Assembly (NCBI RefSeq): GCF_006345805.1
Contig: NC_043017.1
Location: 33,976,001-34,040,000, forward strand
Length of the DNA stretch: 64,000 nucleotides
Reading direction: 5' to 3'
From: Octopus sinensis
Taxonomy: Eukaryota
The notes under the pieces are model-generated. The model did no database searches and was not told where the DNA came from. It worked only from the letters and a program-made list of their open reading frames with translations. Positions within the stretch are counted from its first letter, which is position 1; every line of letters begins with the position of its first letter. A program made the translations under genes and the position numbers. Shown here piece by piece: positions 49,356 through 63,240 of this stretch.

Positions 49356-50669
49356 ATATAATATGCATATATGGGTACAGGACGTCACCAACAGTAAACA
49401 ACATGAAGTATGAAAGCAACCGTGTTAAATATGCAAACAACGAGACTAAATGGAACAAATAGCACAAAGTATATTATATATATATACACACACACACACA
49501 TATACATACATATGTATATATATATATAGTGCTAGTGTGTGTATTTGTGCAACTATGTAAGTTGGTAATAGTCGTTTTTTTAGAGTTTCATGTAACCGAC
49601 GATGGTAATTCCTTCGACTTATAATGTGATAGAAGATTTTATCTCAAATTCATTTTCATAAGCATAGTCTTTTTTTTTCTACTCCTGAGAATTTCCTCGG
49701 CTGCTCGATAGCTTAGTTTCAATCTGATTCCCTAGTTTTATTGAATTCGATTATGTAGTCCATAGTCATACGTGGGGTAATTAAAAATATAAATTCAGTT
49801 TATGGCTATATTCGTTTGGATAATTTCAATGATTGCAAGCCTGACAGCATTTAAATAAATCAACTGCTGATACCCAGTGTAGCAAGAAATTTGATGCGAC
49901 AATTTAAGGCGAACTTTAGCCCAAATTGTGATCCACATAATAAATATAATAAATAATTACCTTCGTCATATGATGCGAGTATTCCTAAAATGATGAGTGT
50001 GATGTTCCATCTGCGTACTTGCTGCTGAAATGAAGTATGATGCAGATGATATTTAAGTTGTCAATACCAGACAAACGTAACATTTTATTGTGATAAATTC
50101 AGTTTTCTGCCGAGGCTAACTTCAGGTGTATAGGTTGATATATTTCTTGATATATTCCTAACCCTAATCAAAATCCATAAACACTTCAGACCTAACCAAA
50201 TTCCAATGTAATTGTAGTGGCATTATTATTTACCTGTCAAAGGTAAATGAGTATATAGATTAGATTTAGAGTCAATAAATGTCACAGTAAAGTGGTATAA
50301 CGTGTTAAAAGAAAATACTAATAAACGTAGATACACACACACATTTGTATGGATAGTGGAGCAAATGCTGCTACGCATTCAAAAATGTATTCGACATTTA
50401 AAGGAGAGAGAAGAAAATATTCTACAATAAAATGGGGTACTGAATGCAAAAGCAAATACATACATAAGCTGCATTAACTACTGTTACTGACGAACAAAAT
50501 TTCGAGATATTGCCTCTGCCTGGTCATAACTTGAATGCAGAAGAATGAAATTTTCTAATCGCCATAAGACACAGAAATACAATTTTTTTCATCACTTCCT
50601 CTTTGTCCAGTAAAGACAACACTTCGAATAAGCTGGATGCATAGACACCCGCTCAAAGATATCAGGTTA

Positions 50670-51080
50670 TTATATACGGATTGCTGTGGCATTAACGAGG
50701 CCAGGATTACCGAAAAGTAGTCGCTGGGTTTTCTTCTGGACGACTACATGTTTTGTGTCTCCTTTGCTTGGCCTGAATCAAATGGTGTGATGGTGCTGTT
50801 TAGGAAAGGTTTAAATATAAAAGCGATTACAGTCAGTAAGTTGGTGGTCTTGGATATGAGTAGCAATAAAGGTAACGACTATGCTTTTAGACTGGGGAAC
50901 GTATACTCTCAGACAGGAGTCATACGATCTCTCTAATTGCCTACAGACTTTGCTTATTATTATCAGTGGTCTATTGGAATGGGATGTTGGACGCACGCAA
51001 AGATTATGTGGAAGTAGCCGATTGGAGGGTAGGGTGCAAAGGCTATGCAGATCTCAAAGCCCCTTACTCCTATCAGACAA
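50670..51080 (+). pseudogene. L1/Tx1-type LINE apurinic endonuclease remnant
   Basis: Frameshifted motifs GVMVLFRKG, KLVVLD, FRL.NVYS and (GD)WNGMLDARKDYV in ORFs 50748..50936 and 50966..51157. Confidence 0.7.
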
Positions 51081-51464
51081 CGAGTAAGCATACCATCGTC
51101 CTTAGCTTCTTACACGTTTGTCTTCAACTGTTGGGAGTTTTCTTCTGCTATTTTTGAACTTCTCTTGCTTTTGCCGACCTTTCGCGTAAATTAGACTGTG
51201 CGCTTTATTTGCCTTATATCGCATTCTGGTCTAACCACTCTATTCAGAACTATTTGCATAGCCTTTTAGTCTCTTATTAGTATTGTTATGTAGTCCATGA
51301 ATGCATTTTTGACTGATTTCAATTTAGCCATTTCTTCTGAGCAGTCTGTTGATCTAAGTAGCATCTCAATAACAAGCACAAACGAGATTACCACTATAGT
51401 GCAACCGGCAGCAATTTCAATTTCTAGACGATGCCAGTCCGTTGTGAAATTTTATGTGTGTATG

Positions 51465-51515
51465 TATGTACGTATGTATGTACATATGTATTTACTCATG
51501 AATGTATATATATAT

Positions 51516-51555
<40 letters not shown>

Positions 51556-51648
51556 GCGTACATATATATATGCATATATGTATGTATATATATATACGTG
51601 TGTGCATATCTGTGTATATATATATATGCATACGTACATACATATGTA

Positions 51649-51693
<45 letters not shown>

Positions 51694-51890
51694 TCATGCA
51701 TATAAGTAAATATGTGTGTGAATATGTTTTTATGGATAACTATAATCACACACACAGGCACACACATGCATACATACATACAGACAGACAGGCAGACATA
51801 CACATATACATACATACATACATACTGAGGGTACGTACATACATACATACATACATACATACATACATACATACATACATACATACATAG
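51465..51890. repeat. Compound (TA)n/(TACA)n microsatellite
   Basis: Direct inspection. Confidence 0.95.
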
Positions 51891-53220
51891 AAATATACAC
51901 ACATGCATATTAATCAAACCGACGGACATATCTCCAGTATATTGATTTCAGAAATATTCATAGATCTTCTTCATGTTTGTATTCAAAATTTGTTTTTATT
52001 TTCTGATGAAATTCTCAAAATGATTATTTTGTTGTCTAAAGGAAATGAAATATCAATGATAACAACCCAAAAGATATTTTGTGTTATTTATAAATAAAAA
52101 AAGAAGGAAAGAGAGCGTTAAGAAACATACAAAAATAAAACTTCAACCACCAAGGGTGAAAATCTATGAATTAACATTTTAGAAATACTTTCCGTGCATT
52201 TCAAGCGAATCTGCAATCACAGAGATATTCCAGAAATCTTTTACATTCGTTGTGTTTGTATTGTTTATTGTATTGTCGCCTAAGCTTCTTGTTTGTTTTA
52301 TACACATTTTAAAGCTATTTGCTTTCTGTTTTTGTTTTTCTAGTTTCGAATACTGAGGAAGTAAAAAAATAAGAATTGTAGAACCCAAAAGAAAAAGAAA
52401 TGTATAAAACAGATAAAGAAAAACAGCATAAAAATCATAAAATAAACGTAGAATTACTAAAGAAATCTTAGTAAAAAATAAAAACATTTGACATTTAAAT
52501 GTTCTTTAACAATATTTTGAATCTTTTAATGTATTGTTGTAATTGGTGTGTTACCCACAATCTGCACAAATTTATCTTTTCGGTTTGGCATCGTACCCAG
52601 TGGGAGAAACAAGTGAGAATAAACAGTTTTACAATTCTATTCATGTCTGAAGTTGATAGAAGTCTCATATGGCTATGTTTACTGATAAAAATTCTTACCA
52701 ACTCTAAGGAGCGGATGTGGCAATCTTTGTGGTATATTTCTGCATGAGTTAAATTTAAAATAAAAACAGAACACGTTTTTAGTCTATTTCGGATGTTTTT
52801 ATGTAGGAATATAATGATGAATGGAGGGATAGAATTGAAAGACGAGACAAGAGAAAGAAAATGAGAAAGAAAAACAGATTTAGGTTGTTAAGAGATACTA
52901 GTATCATGACCTGTACTGTTGTAGTACGTGTTTGTGTATTTGAGTTTGTGTCTGTATGTGTTTGTGTGTATGTTTTATGGTCTTATGTATGCGTCTGTTT
53001 GCGCATGCGTTTCTATCGCTTTCAGTATGTCCGTAATAGCTTGTGTAGTCTTTTAGTCATTCCCTTGTATATTGGTAATGAGAATATATTATACGTGTCT
53101 GACTGATAATATAGACAAGAAGATGAGAAGCGAATAATTTGCTATACGAACGCTTATATATGCTTGATAAGCTTTGTGGTAGGTAGTACGGTGTCTACTA
53201 ATGTACTTCGTTGCATTTCG

Positions 53221-53627
53221 TTTTTCTTTTTTCTTTTACTTGTTTCAGTCATGTGACTGTGGTCATGCTGGAGCACCGCCTTTAGTCGAGCAAATCGACC
53301 CCCAGGACTTATTCTTTGTAAGCCCAGTATTTATTCTATCGGTCTCTTTTGCCGAACCGCTAAGTTACGGGGACATAAACACACCAGCATCGGTTGCCAA
53401 GCGATGTTGGGGGAACAAACACAGGCACACAAACATATACACATACATACATATATATATACATGTATACGACGGGCTTCTTTCAGTTTCCGTCTACCAA
53501 ATCCACTCACAATGCTTTAGTCGACCCGAAGCTATAGCAGAAGACACTTGCCCAAGGTGCCACGCAGTGGGACTGAACCCGGAACCATGTGGTTGGTAAG
53601 CAAGCTACTTACCACACGGCCATCCTA
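53221..53627 (-). mobile_element. SINE family A, full length
   Basis: Reverse complement of family A. Confidence 0.9.
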
Positions 53628-54859
53628 TGTTTATTTCTTCTAAGTTCGAATTCCACAAGCTGGTTAAATGCGTATGCACCTCCCTTAAAATGTGTAATTT
53701 TGATCATCAGGTAGAAATCATCGTTAAGTTACGGGAAGTATTAATCAGAGTTGTGAATACAGGACCAAAAGCTGTTTCATGCTCAGTTACAGACGAGGCG
53801 AGTAGTGACACTCTTGTCTCTGATGATGTCTACAAAAATAACATTAGACGAAGAGATCCCCTAGGTCTGTAACACGTGCATTAGTGGTGCTATTGTGAAA
53901 TTGTTTTTTTTCCATGGGATTTTTTCGAGTGCATTCAACGTGTCTCACCTCCAAAGATTTCGTTGCTATTTCTAGCACGCCCTGCTACCACGTAACAGCT
54001 ATTTGCGATAAAGGAGTCCAAATTTGCAATAAAAGACCCCGTGCAAAAAATAGCAGCTAGAGCTTTCCTTTTCTGGGGAAAGGAGCCGTTTACGCGAGAT
54101 TTCGATGTCACATTCGTTGAAAGCATGCGAAATAACCTGGTAAAGAAAAAACGCACGAAACAAAACTCCGTTGCTGGGAAACTCAGAGTCTCCCGGTGAC
54201 CCAACATGTAACGGGTAGTCTAAGATATATGTATATATATCTTTTGTTATCTTACCGTTTTTACCAATATATATATATATATATATATAATATACATATA
54301 TGCACACACACACAAACACACACATATATATAAATATATATATATATAATGCACAGGATAGCCAAAACTCACCTGACAGTAATTCAAAACCATTTAATTC
54401 CAAGATTTTTTTTTAAATGTTTTATATGAGACTTCGCTAATAAAAAGGCAAATATTGAAAACAATTTGTGATTTTAACTCACAGCATTCAATTATTAAGC
54501 AATCATTATTGGAATGAATAAATAAAATTGATTATTAATTATTTATGCAATTTTTTTAGTTACTGTCGGGTGACTATTGGCCAGACCTGTGTATATTCAT
54601 ATATTTATGTTTGTGTGTGTGTGTGGTGTGTGTGTGTGTGTCTCCTATTTTCTAATTATTATAAATCTTCCACTGAACAGGGAACCAGTTTCCAACAAAG
54701 ATACAAGGTTCCATCTTTGCGATGTAATTAACACAGACTAATTCACATTTGGAACTTGAGAAAAGTCTCGCATACTTTTACTGTTCCACTCACAGATAGC
54801 TCTTGTAATGTACAAATCAGCCGATCGTTTTCTCTTTCTGAAAATCCCAGTTTACCCAG

Positions 54860-56235
54860 ATTCTACTTTAAGCATTTCCTAACAAAACCTAGTGCTCCAA
54901 TTATTATTGGTATGAATAGGAATTCATAATCTGGATATAGAAGCTGAAGGTTTTGAAGCAGTTGTCCTTAGATATCCTATTTTACTTCGATTTTCCAAGA
55001 GAAAATTTATATCTGCAGGGCCGCTGAACTCTATAATGGTATATACCTTTGCCCATATATCTGAAACAACAATAAGCCTCCTATTATATTTACATTTGAC
55101 AGACGTTTTGATGGGAATATTCCACCAGTATTCCTTGAGTTACTGTCTATGAATGTATTCCATAACAGAGGGATTTTCAGGACAGACTTTTTTTGCGGTT
55201 GGCATTGTAAATTGTTTTAGCAACAGCATCGTGCCGCTTAGGCAGGTAGTACCCTGACGATATTTTAGGACAGCTGCTAATCGTATGCATGATGTCTTCC
55301 ACAGAAACATGACATAGACTACACATGTGGTTGCACCTTGGGATTACAAGAGCGTCACTGTCTCTCTTGTTCACCAGGTACTTTGTGGCAATCTATTCCT
55401 GGATTGCAAACGCATAGCCCTCAAAGTGTGATGTGAGGTAGTGGCCTTATGTCCAAGAGAGGCAGCGCTTCGTGTTAATTCTACTGTCTTCTTCAGGCTT
55501 CTGGGCAAAATACCCATTCATAGTCTTTTGTCTTTTTTTATGCTTAGTGCTTTCCATCCAGGTCTCCTCTAAGGTAAGTAAGAGAGCCCAGCTTTTTTGA
55601 GGCTGTATAGGAGATCATTTGGAAGAGAGTGCTTCTTGAAGAGCTCACTGCCAACTCGTACAATGTTGTTCACTTCACTTTTCAGCACTGCATCTATATA
55701 TTTATTTTTCCTGTTATTTAGCCTGAGTGATACGACACGGCATTTGAGTAATACCATACGGCATTTGAAGGCCATCTACACTGATCGCAGGCCTCTACCA
55801 CCTTCATTTCTTCTTAGGTAGAGACTATCAACATCACTGTTTCTGTAGAATTTCCCATTTTTTGTCAGGATTTTGCGGGGTTTTATATGTACGGAGTGGA
55901 TTTCCTCTACAGACCAATCAAGTATCTCGAATGTTAGGATCGGTATTTGTACTGGAAATGCATTGTGGGATATTGTTTTGTTGTTAGAGGAGAGTTTCCT
56001 AAGTCGGGTGTAATATTCCCGGGTCACTCTATTTCGATTCACATATGCTACATTTTCGTCTATGTCCAGGTACTTGTATTCTTTATATGGGATGAGCGCG
56101 ATAGAGAGTCCACTGATGCACAGATTTTGGGTTTGGGAGACTGACTTTCCTCGTTCTATAGTCAAATTCCATGCCTATATCTTTTGGCCAAATTCCATGC
56201 CTATATCAGCTGTAAATCTTGATCCCAATGCATCT
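54860..56235 (-). mobile_element. R4/Dong-like non-LTR retrotransposon remnant (RT thumb, zinc knuckle, restriction-like endonuclease)
   Basis: DIGMEF, YKYL, LYLRRNEGGRGL (ORF 55776..56165), CSLC..HTISSCPK..YYLPKRHDAVAK (ORF 55177..55374) and a downstream IIEFSGP appear in the expected order, broken by stops and frameshifts. Confidence 0.85.
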
Positions 56236-56977
56236 ATGTATACAAGAGCAGGGTGAGTTCTGGAAAAAAATCTGTTTATGTAGTAATTTTCTAGCATTAA
56301 GTTTAACATAAGGTAAATTCAATGAAGGAAAATTGTAATTAGATGTAAATGTGTACAATACTGGAAATATGCAGAATTATTAGTTTGAACAGAAAACGAC
56401 AGAATTTTCTATAATTTCGACAAATTACTCAATCAACAAACAACAAAAATAAAATTTCACAATGGAAGAGTTTTCTATATATAAAAAAAATTAACTATTC
56501 TTTCAGTTTCATGTTTGCCATGAGAACATTATCGCAATCTTTTATACATTATGTTTAAAATTTTATCATACAAGTTCTAGTTGGCCTCTCAATATATCGG
56601 TAAAACTATACATGCATTTGATTTTGTTGTGTACATGTATGTATACTACATTGTTTATATAAATGTGTGCGTGTGTTTGAGTTTGTGTGTGTGTGTGTTT
56701 GGAGTTATTTCTCTTGTATTATGTAGCGAAGTAGAGATTTAAGTACGGAGAGTCATGTGAATGAATACAGAAGATTTATTGGTTTCCAAAATGTAATATT
56801 GACATACACAACTTTTCCATTTGATACTACTGATAGAAAAATAAAGTAAATTGTTTTGAATTTAATATGGAACATGTAAGGTGGCCTCCAAATAAATAGG
56901 CTTTTGTATATTTTTTGCACAGACCTGCTCCCCCACCACAGTAATAGAGTATAACATCCAATATGAAATGACATATT

Positions 56978-57196
56978 AAAGCAGTGAACTGGCAGAACCG
57001 ATGCCATGCTGGGAAAAGGCTTAGCTGTATTTCATCCGTTGTATACGCTCTGAATTCAAATGCCGCCGAGGTGAACTTTGCCTTTCATCCTTTCGGTGTC
57101 GATAAACAAGTACCAGTTGAGGACTGGGGTCGATGTAATCTGCTTACTCCTTAACCCAAACTTGCGGAACTTGTGCCAAAATTTGAAAACAGTATT
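56978..57196 (+). mobile_element. SINE B'
   Basis: Head, core TTTGCCTTTCATCCTTTCGGTGTCGAT, tail CTTGTGCCAAAATTTGAAA. Confidence 0.8.
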
Positions 57197-58220
57197 TGAT
57201 GACACGTAGTTATGGAGTTATTTTATGAATTTTGTTGTCGATAATGAAGATTGGACGTGTTGTAAAAAATACTTGTTAGAAATGTTTTAATAAATATGTC
57301 ATTATGTTAATGATATATTCTGAAATATAATAAATATATTTCTTTTGTTTCATAGACCCACTTCATCATATGTGCCTTTTTTTTTAATATTACGTTTCAT
57401 TTTATTGTTACATTGGAAAATGCGAGCAAGGGAAATAATATTCTTAAGATTATAAACCTGGAAAAGCACAGCACAAGTTATTACAGATGGAAAAATACAG
57501 GACACATTATTAAATCTGGTAAAGTATAGAACAAGAACCTTTTAACTTAAAATATTTCAGCTAAGGATAAAATTTCAAATAAAATATTTAGATTTAGAAA
57601 ATATTAGTTTTTATTAAAAGTAAAAATGTTCATTACAAGTTATTACTTCTATTTGTTATTACTTCTTACTTCTATTAATAATAAAACAAACTTACTCAAT
57701 TAAAATATTTTTGCACTTTAAAATATTCATTTTTTTTAATTATTAATTATTAATAAAAAAATTTGAAAATAGGTTTTAAAATGATAGTAGTACATAATTC
57801 GTTAGTATAATAAATCGAATAATACAAAATTAGTTATATGTTACAGTACAATCTACCTATAGCAACAAATTCACAGTAAAGTTTGCTTGAGTTATTGCGA
57901 AAGTTATTGCCAAGTCTTCACATTTTTAGTCTTGACCAAATACCTATTTTTTACATAATGAATTTTCCTACCACATGTACTATTCTACTTTGCATAAAAC
58001 TTTAGCCATATTGGTACTTCTGGTACTTCATTTTTAAAGTATTTTAGTGTGTCAATGTTTTACTAAAATGATGGTGCATTTTTTAATTATAATGTTACTT
58101 TGTAGATTAAAATCAAGTGATTTTTAATATTAAAATTTTATCCTTAGCTGCAGTATATTAAGTAAAAATTTTCTTATTTTATACTTTACCAGATGTAATA
58201 AATTGTCCTGATCTTTTCCA

Positions 58221-58417
58221 GGGGGGGGGGACAAACAAGGACAGACAAAGGGATTAAGTCGATTATATCGACCCCAGTGCGTAACTGGTACCTAATTTAT
58301 CGACCCCGAAAGGATGAAAGGCAAAGTCGACCTCGGCAGAATTTGAACTCATAACGTAACGGCAGACGAAATACCGCTAAGAATTTGGCCCGGCGTGCGA
58401 ACGTTTATGCCAGCTCT
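58221..58417 (-). mobile_element. SINE B monomer, tail truncated at a G10 run
   Basis: Reverse complement of B head plus body. Confidence 0.85.
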
Positions 58418-59289
58418 CCACATTTTTGTAACAATAAATAATGAAACAATGTTGCAACAGTACACTTATATTTTTGTTACTGTTCATATTTTATCAATGA
58501 AGAAGTGAACACTTATCGAAATTATGTCGCTTCTTTTTTAACATTTGAAAATATAACAAGCATATCGGGGGAAAATAATAACAGACGTCTTGAAGTCAAC
58601 CATAACCGTGACTACTTATGGTGAAAGGCCTTCTTGTCTTGAGCTATCTGTGATTTATATATATATATAATCAGAAACATGGATTATATTATATAAAGTG
58701 TTCTTTTCTATAACAGTAAGATATCACTCGAGGAAGATTTTGCAGAAATTTTTAGCAGGCCATATGATGATTATATTGAGGTATTCTCTGTTTTAGGTGC
58801 TAGCCAGAGCAGAGTTCGCTTAACTGGACTCTGTTACAAAAAGTTTCCGTTTCTCGGCGTTTATCATACACCGTTCAACCTAGCATAGCGACTGGTGTGG
58901 TTATTATTTTTCTGTATACAGGTGTTTTATTTATCTAGATTGAAGGAAAGCAAGCTTGTTTATCTATTGAATGGAGCTGCAGTTAATTTCTTGGGTTTTC
59001 TAGGTGTGTGTGTTGATCCATAGATTACGGATATACTGGAAAAAGAAATTGTTGGTATAAACAAATACATTATGAAAAAGCAACGATTCCACGAAATCTT
59101 GGTAATTTAATTCCGCTATTTTAGTTTCATTGTTTCAGTGATCGCAGTATTCTAGTTTTGTGCGCAACCTCTCGAGAAATTACTAAGAACTAGTGGCATG
59201 TTAGTCTTTTTCAATTTGAGGAAAATATGTCTGTGTATCTGTTTGTATGTGTATACATATTCATGTGTATATATGTATGCGAACACGCA

Positions 59290-59388
59290 TAGAAAGAAAG
59301 AAATAAATAAAGATAGATAGATAGATAGATAGATATGTATATATGTATGCGAACACGCATAGAAAGAAAGAAAGAAAGAACGAAAGAG

Positions 59389-59419
<31 letters not shown>

Positions 59420-59450
59420 ACGAAAGAGAGAAAGAAAGGAAGATAGAGAG
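59290..59450. repeat. (GATA)n/(GAAA)n tract with a short tandem duplication
   Basis: ATGTATATATGTATGCGAACACGCATAGAAAGAAAG-like unit occurs twice. Confidence 0.9.
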
Positions 59451-59454
59451 ATGG

Positions 59455-59682
59455 ACTTTCTCACGCCTTAGGCTCATAAGGTCGGCTTCCCGGATTCTAT
59501 GGTGTATATATTCCCTTCTGGACGGCTCGGCGGTCCGTTACAGGATTAGTTGTTTCTGCTAGTTGAGTCGACTGGAACAACATGAAATTAAGTATTTTGC
59601 TCAAAAACACAAGGCCAGGAATCGAAACCACAATCTTATAATCGTGAGTCTAACACCTTAACCAATAAGGCATGTCCTTCCA
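59455..59682 (-). mobile_element. Old tRNA-derived SINE (family D-like)
   Basis: Minus strand: TGCCTTATTGGTTAAGG..GGTTTCGATTCC..TTTTGAGCAAAATACTT. Confidence 0.6.
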
Positions 59683-59842
59683 TCGGTAGGGAGATGATAA
59701 ATAAATAAGTACATGCATACATACAGACAGACAGATATATATATATATATGTGCGTGTGTGTGCATGTATATATATGTATGTATATATAATTAATAATAA
59801 TAATAATAATATTAGGGGTGTGTCTCTGTGTGTGTGTCTATC

Positions 59843-59903
<61 letters not shown>

Positions 59904-59904
59904 A

Positions 59905-59915
59905 TCAAACTATAT

Positions 59916-59960
<45 letters not shown>

Positions 59961-60003
59961 CAGACAGACACACACAGACAGACTGACAGGCAGACAGATA
60001 GAC

Positions 60004-60075
<72 letters not shown>
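59905..60075. repeat. (GATA)n/(GACA)n microsatellite
   Basis: Direct inspection. Confidence 0.95.
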
Positions 60076-60078
<3 letters not shown>

Positions 60079-60872
60079 GGCCAGTGTATCTTGAGCTATT
60101 CGAAACTGCCAGTACTTCTGCAAATAACGCCATTAACAATTCTCCTTCCATTAACATATCATGGAGGCAGAATCCTTAATGACGTCGTTTGTAGAACTAC
60201 TGACATTTTCGATAGTAAGAAGAATGCAACGTCACCAAGAAATTGCTCCGTTTTAATTATGTTGCAAAAAATTGATTTAGATTGAAATTCTTTAAATGTA
60301 GCATGTATCAAAGAAAATGTACGCGAAATATTTCATTAATTTAAGTACGAATACTTCATTATATATTACTGATCATTGATATCATTCATATGCAAGAAAC
60401 GAAATACATGTAAAGAAAATATGCAATTCAAATATAGTTGATAGTGCATTATTTTCTCGGAATTGTAGTCACAGAAAAATTTTTAATTGATAACTCGCTC
60501 ACTAAATATTTTAAAACATCTTGTCCCACTGTTTTTCGAGTTAATTTCGGGAATTGATGAATTACTAGCATTTTTTATTACTTCTTAATGATTACATGAT
60601 GTTGACGCAAGATGCTCCTTAACAATTTACTTGACTTCTTTCAAATACTGTAGCGTCATCAAAGCAGCTGTGCATTTTGCTGTCAGAATGCTGCAATTTG
60701 TTTACCGTTCCTTAAAAATGTGGGTGGTATTTCGCAGATGAAGGCTAAACATTTACATGAACAACCAAAGTTACGTTACGTTACTACCATAGTACGCTGG
60801 AAGCTTTCCGTTAGTTGGCATTAATCCGGTGTTAATAAAATACTTCATTCATTCTTCATGTATTAGTAAAAT

Positions 60873-61261
60873 GTGGAGGCGCAATGGCCCAGTGGTTAGG
60901 GCAGCGGACTCGCGGTCATAGGATCGCGGTTTCGATTCCCAGACCGGGCGTTGTCAGTGTTTATTGAGCGAAAACACCTAAAAGCTCCACGAGGCTCCGG
61001 CAGGGGATGGTGGTGATCCCTGCTGTACTCTTTCACCACAACTTTCTCTCACTCTTACTTCCTGTTTCTGTTGTACCTGTATTTCAAAGGACCGGCCTTG
61101 TCACTCTCTGTGTCACGCTGAATATCCCCGAGAACTACGTTAAGGGTACACGTGTCTGTGGAGTGCCCAGCCACTTACACGTTAATTTCACGAGCAGGCT
61201 GTTCCGTTGATTCGGATCAACCGGAACCCTCATCGTCGTAACCGACGGAGTGCTTCCAGTA
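60873..61261 (+). mobile_element. SINE family C
   Basis: Near-identical to 9434-9814; candidate TSD AGTAAAAT at 60865-60872 and 61262-61269. Confidence 0.92.
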
Positions 61262-61925
61262 AGTAAAATATGTATGAAACCTAAAAATACAGGGTTAATC
61301 TTTCTGAGAAAGGATATGAACGGAGAAACACAATATATTGAACATTGACTGAATACGTATAAACATGACATTCATTGCTTTCACAAATGCAAAATTATAA
61401 TCGGAGCAGATAATTTGTTAATTCGAATGAATATTATCCTTTATCTTCTACAGCCATTCTGGAGCACCACTTTGGGGAATTTTAGCCGCAATAATCGGCC
61501 CCAGTACTTTTTGGAAGCCTAGTACAACGATAACCAAATTAAAAACAAAGCATGTTATAAGCGATCCTTGGTTAAATAAGGGGACGTAATGAAAACACAA
61601 AACACTGCATAGACGCGGTTCCTTGAATGTCAGTCTCACTTGGAAAATATGAGGGTAGCTAATTCTATGGTAGTAAACTTAAGATGGATTAAAAATCAAG
61701 AAAAGAAATGGGAGGATCAATATTAGCTGGTATATTACAATACTGTATAATCAATTAAAAACTTATCACAATGTTTGCAGTGTAACAAGTTTCTGCGGCA
61801 ACATCGAACGTTTGAAAAAAAAAGAGGGAAAACGATTAAACTTCCCTATTCCACAACTCCAAATTTAGCGGCACTTACAGCAAACTTCAATAAGGTTTAG
61901 TTAAAAATCATGACAATTGCACACA

Positions 61926-62347
61926 TAGGCGCAGGAGTGGCTGTGTGGTAAGTAGCTTGCTTACCAGCCTCATGGTTCCGGATTCAGTCCCACTGCGTGG
62001 CACTTTGGGCAAGTGTCTTCTACTATAGCCTTGGGCCGACCAAAGCTTTGTGAGTGGATTTGGAAAGAATGTAAACTTAAGATATATAAGTATATGTATA
62101 TATATATGTATGTGTGTGTGTTTGTGTGTCTGTGTTTGTCTCCCCCCCCAAAAAAAAATCGCTCGACAACCGATGCTGGTGTGTTTATGTCCCCGTTACT
62201 TAGCGGTTCGGCAAAAGAGACCGATAGAATAAGTACTAGGCTTAGAAAGAATAAGTCCCGCGGTCGAGTTGCTCGATTAAAGGCGGTGCTCCAGCATGGT
62301 CGCAGTCAAATGACTGAAACAAGTAAAAGAGTAAAGAGTAAGAGTAA
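61926..62347 (+). mobile_element. SINE family A, full length
   Basis: Head, internal microsatellite, tail. Confidence 0.9.
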
Positions 62348-63240
62348 CCAAGATCGAAGCTTAAGAGAAAGAGCATCTTATAACATCTTAACTCTATTTG
62401 AAAAAATTCAGGCCTCGGAGAAGAGTGTTACAAATAGCTCTGGGATCTTATGCCTGTACATGTCCACACCCTATGTCTACCGGTACAAAATATATAATCT
62501 TGATGTTTTACAGAGTCCCAGTATAGATATCAGATAGAATCTTCTCTGTAGTAATAACCATAAGTGTAACTGAAGAATCTCTAAGGACTGTTCTTGAGAC
62601 GGGAAATGAGTGTGTAATAATGTAATGAATAAATGCAATGTAGAAAGGGATAATAGTTTTGGACATTACATGGTTTCCAAAAGATGTACCCTAAACCTTA
62701 CCAGGGAATGCGAAACGGGTGTCTGTTATGCACTCTTCGCCACTTTCTATTAATGCAGCTGAAGCAGTTTGGGATTTTATGGTTGATAATCGATACCTGC
62801 TAAGTAAGCGAATTGAATTGGATATCAATCGTGGACATAGAATAAAGATGTCATTTCGTAATTATTGCGTTGAATTAAAATAGACATCACCCAACCAACC
62901 ATGGGTGACACATATGTTACTATTTATAATCCATCTAAATAAATGTAAAATTACGGAAATTTATGCGCCTTCTTAATTTATGCCCCCGTTGTTTCTGCCC
63001 TTTCATTTCTGCTACTAATATCAAATCGTATATGCACCCGATCAATATGACAACACTTCTGTACATACGGATTACTTATCTTGTATTTCTGTAACTTCTG
63101 CAATTTCAAATATAAAGATGGAGCTTATCACTTCGATTACTATTCTTATTCCGGCGAATGTTCTTTTATTGGTCTTCTGTATATATCGATACTTTTATTT
63201 TAAAATTCGCATTCCATACAATATTATAAATAGGCTTAAA

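Noticed and set aside
53935-54207. 90-aa minus-strand ORF in moderately GC-rich sequence
   Set aside because: No recognisable domain, splice signals or codon pattern.
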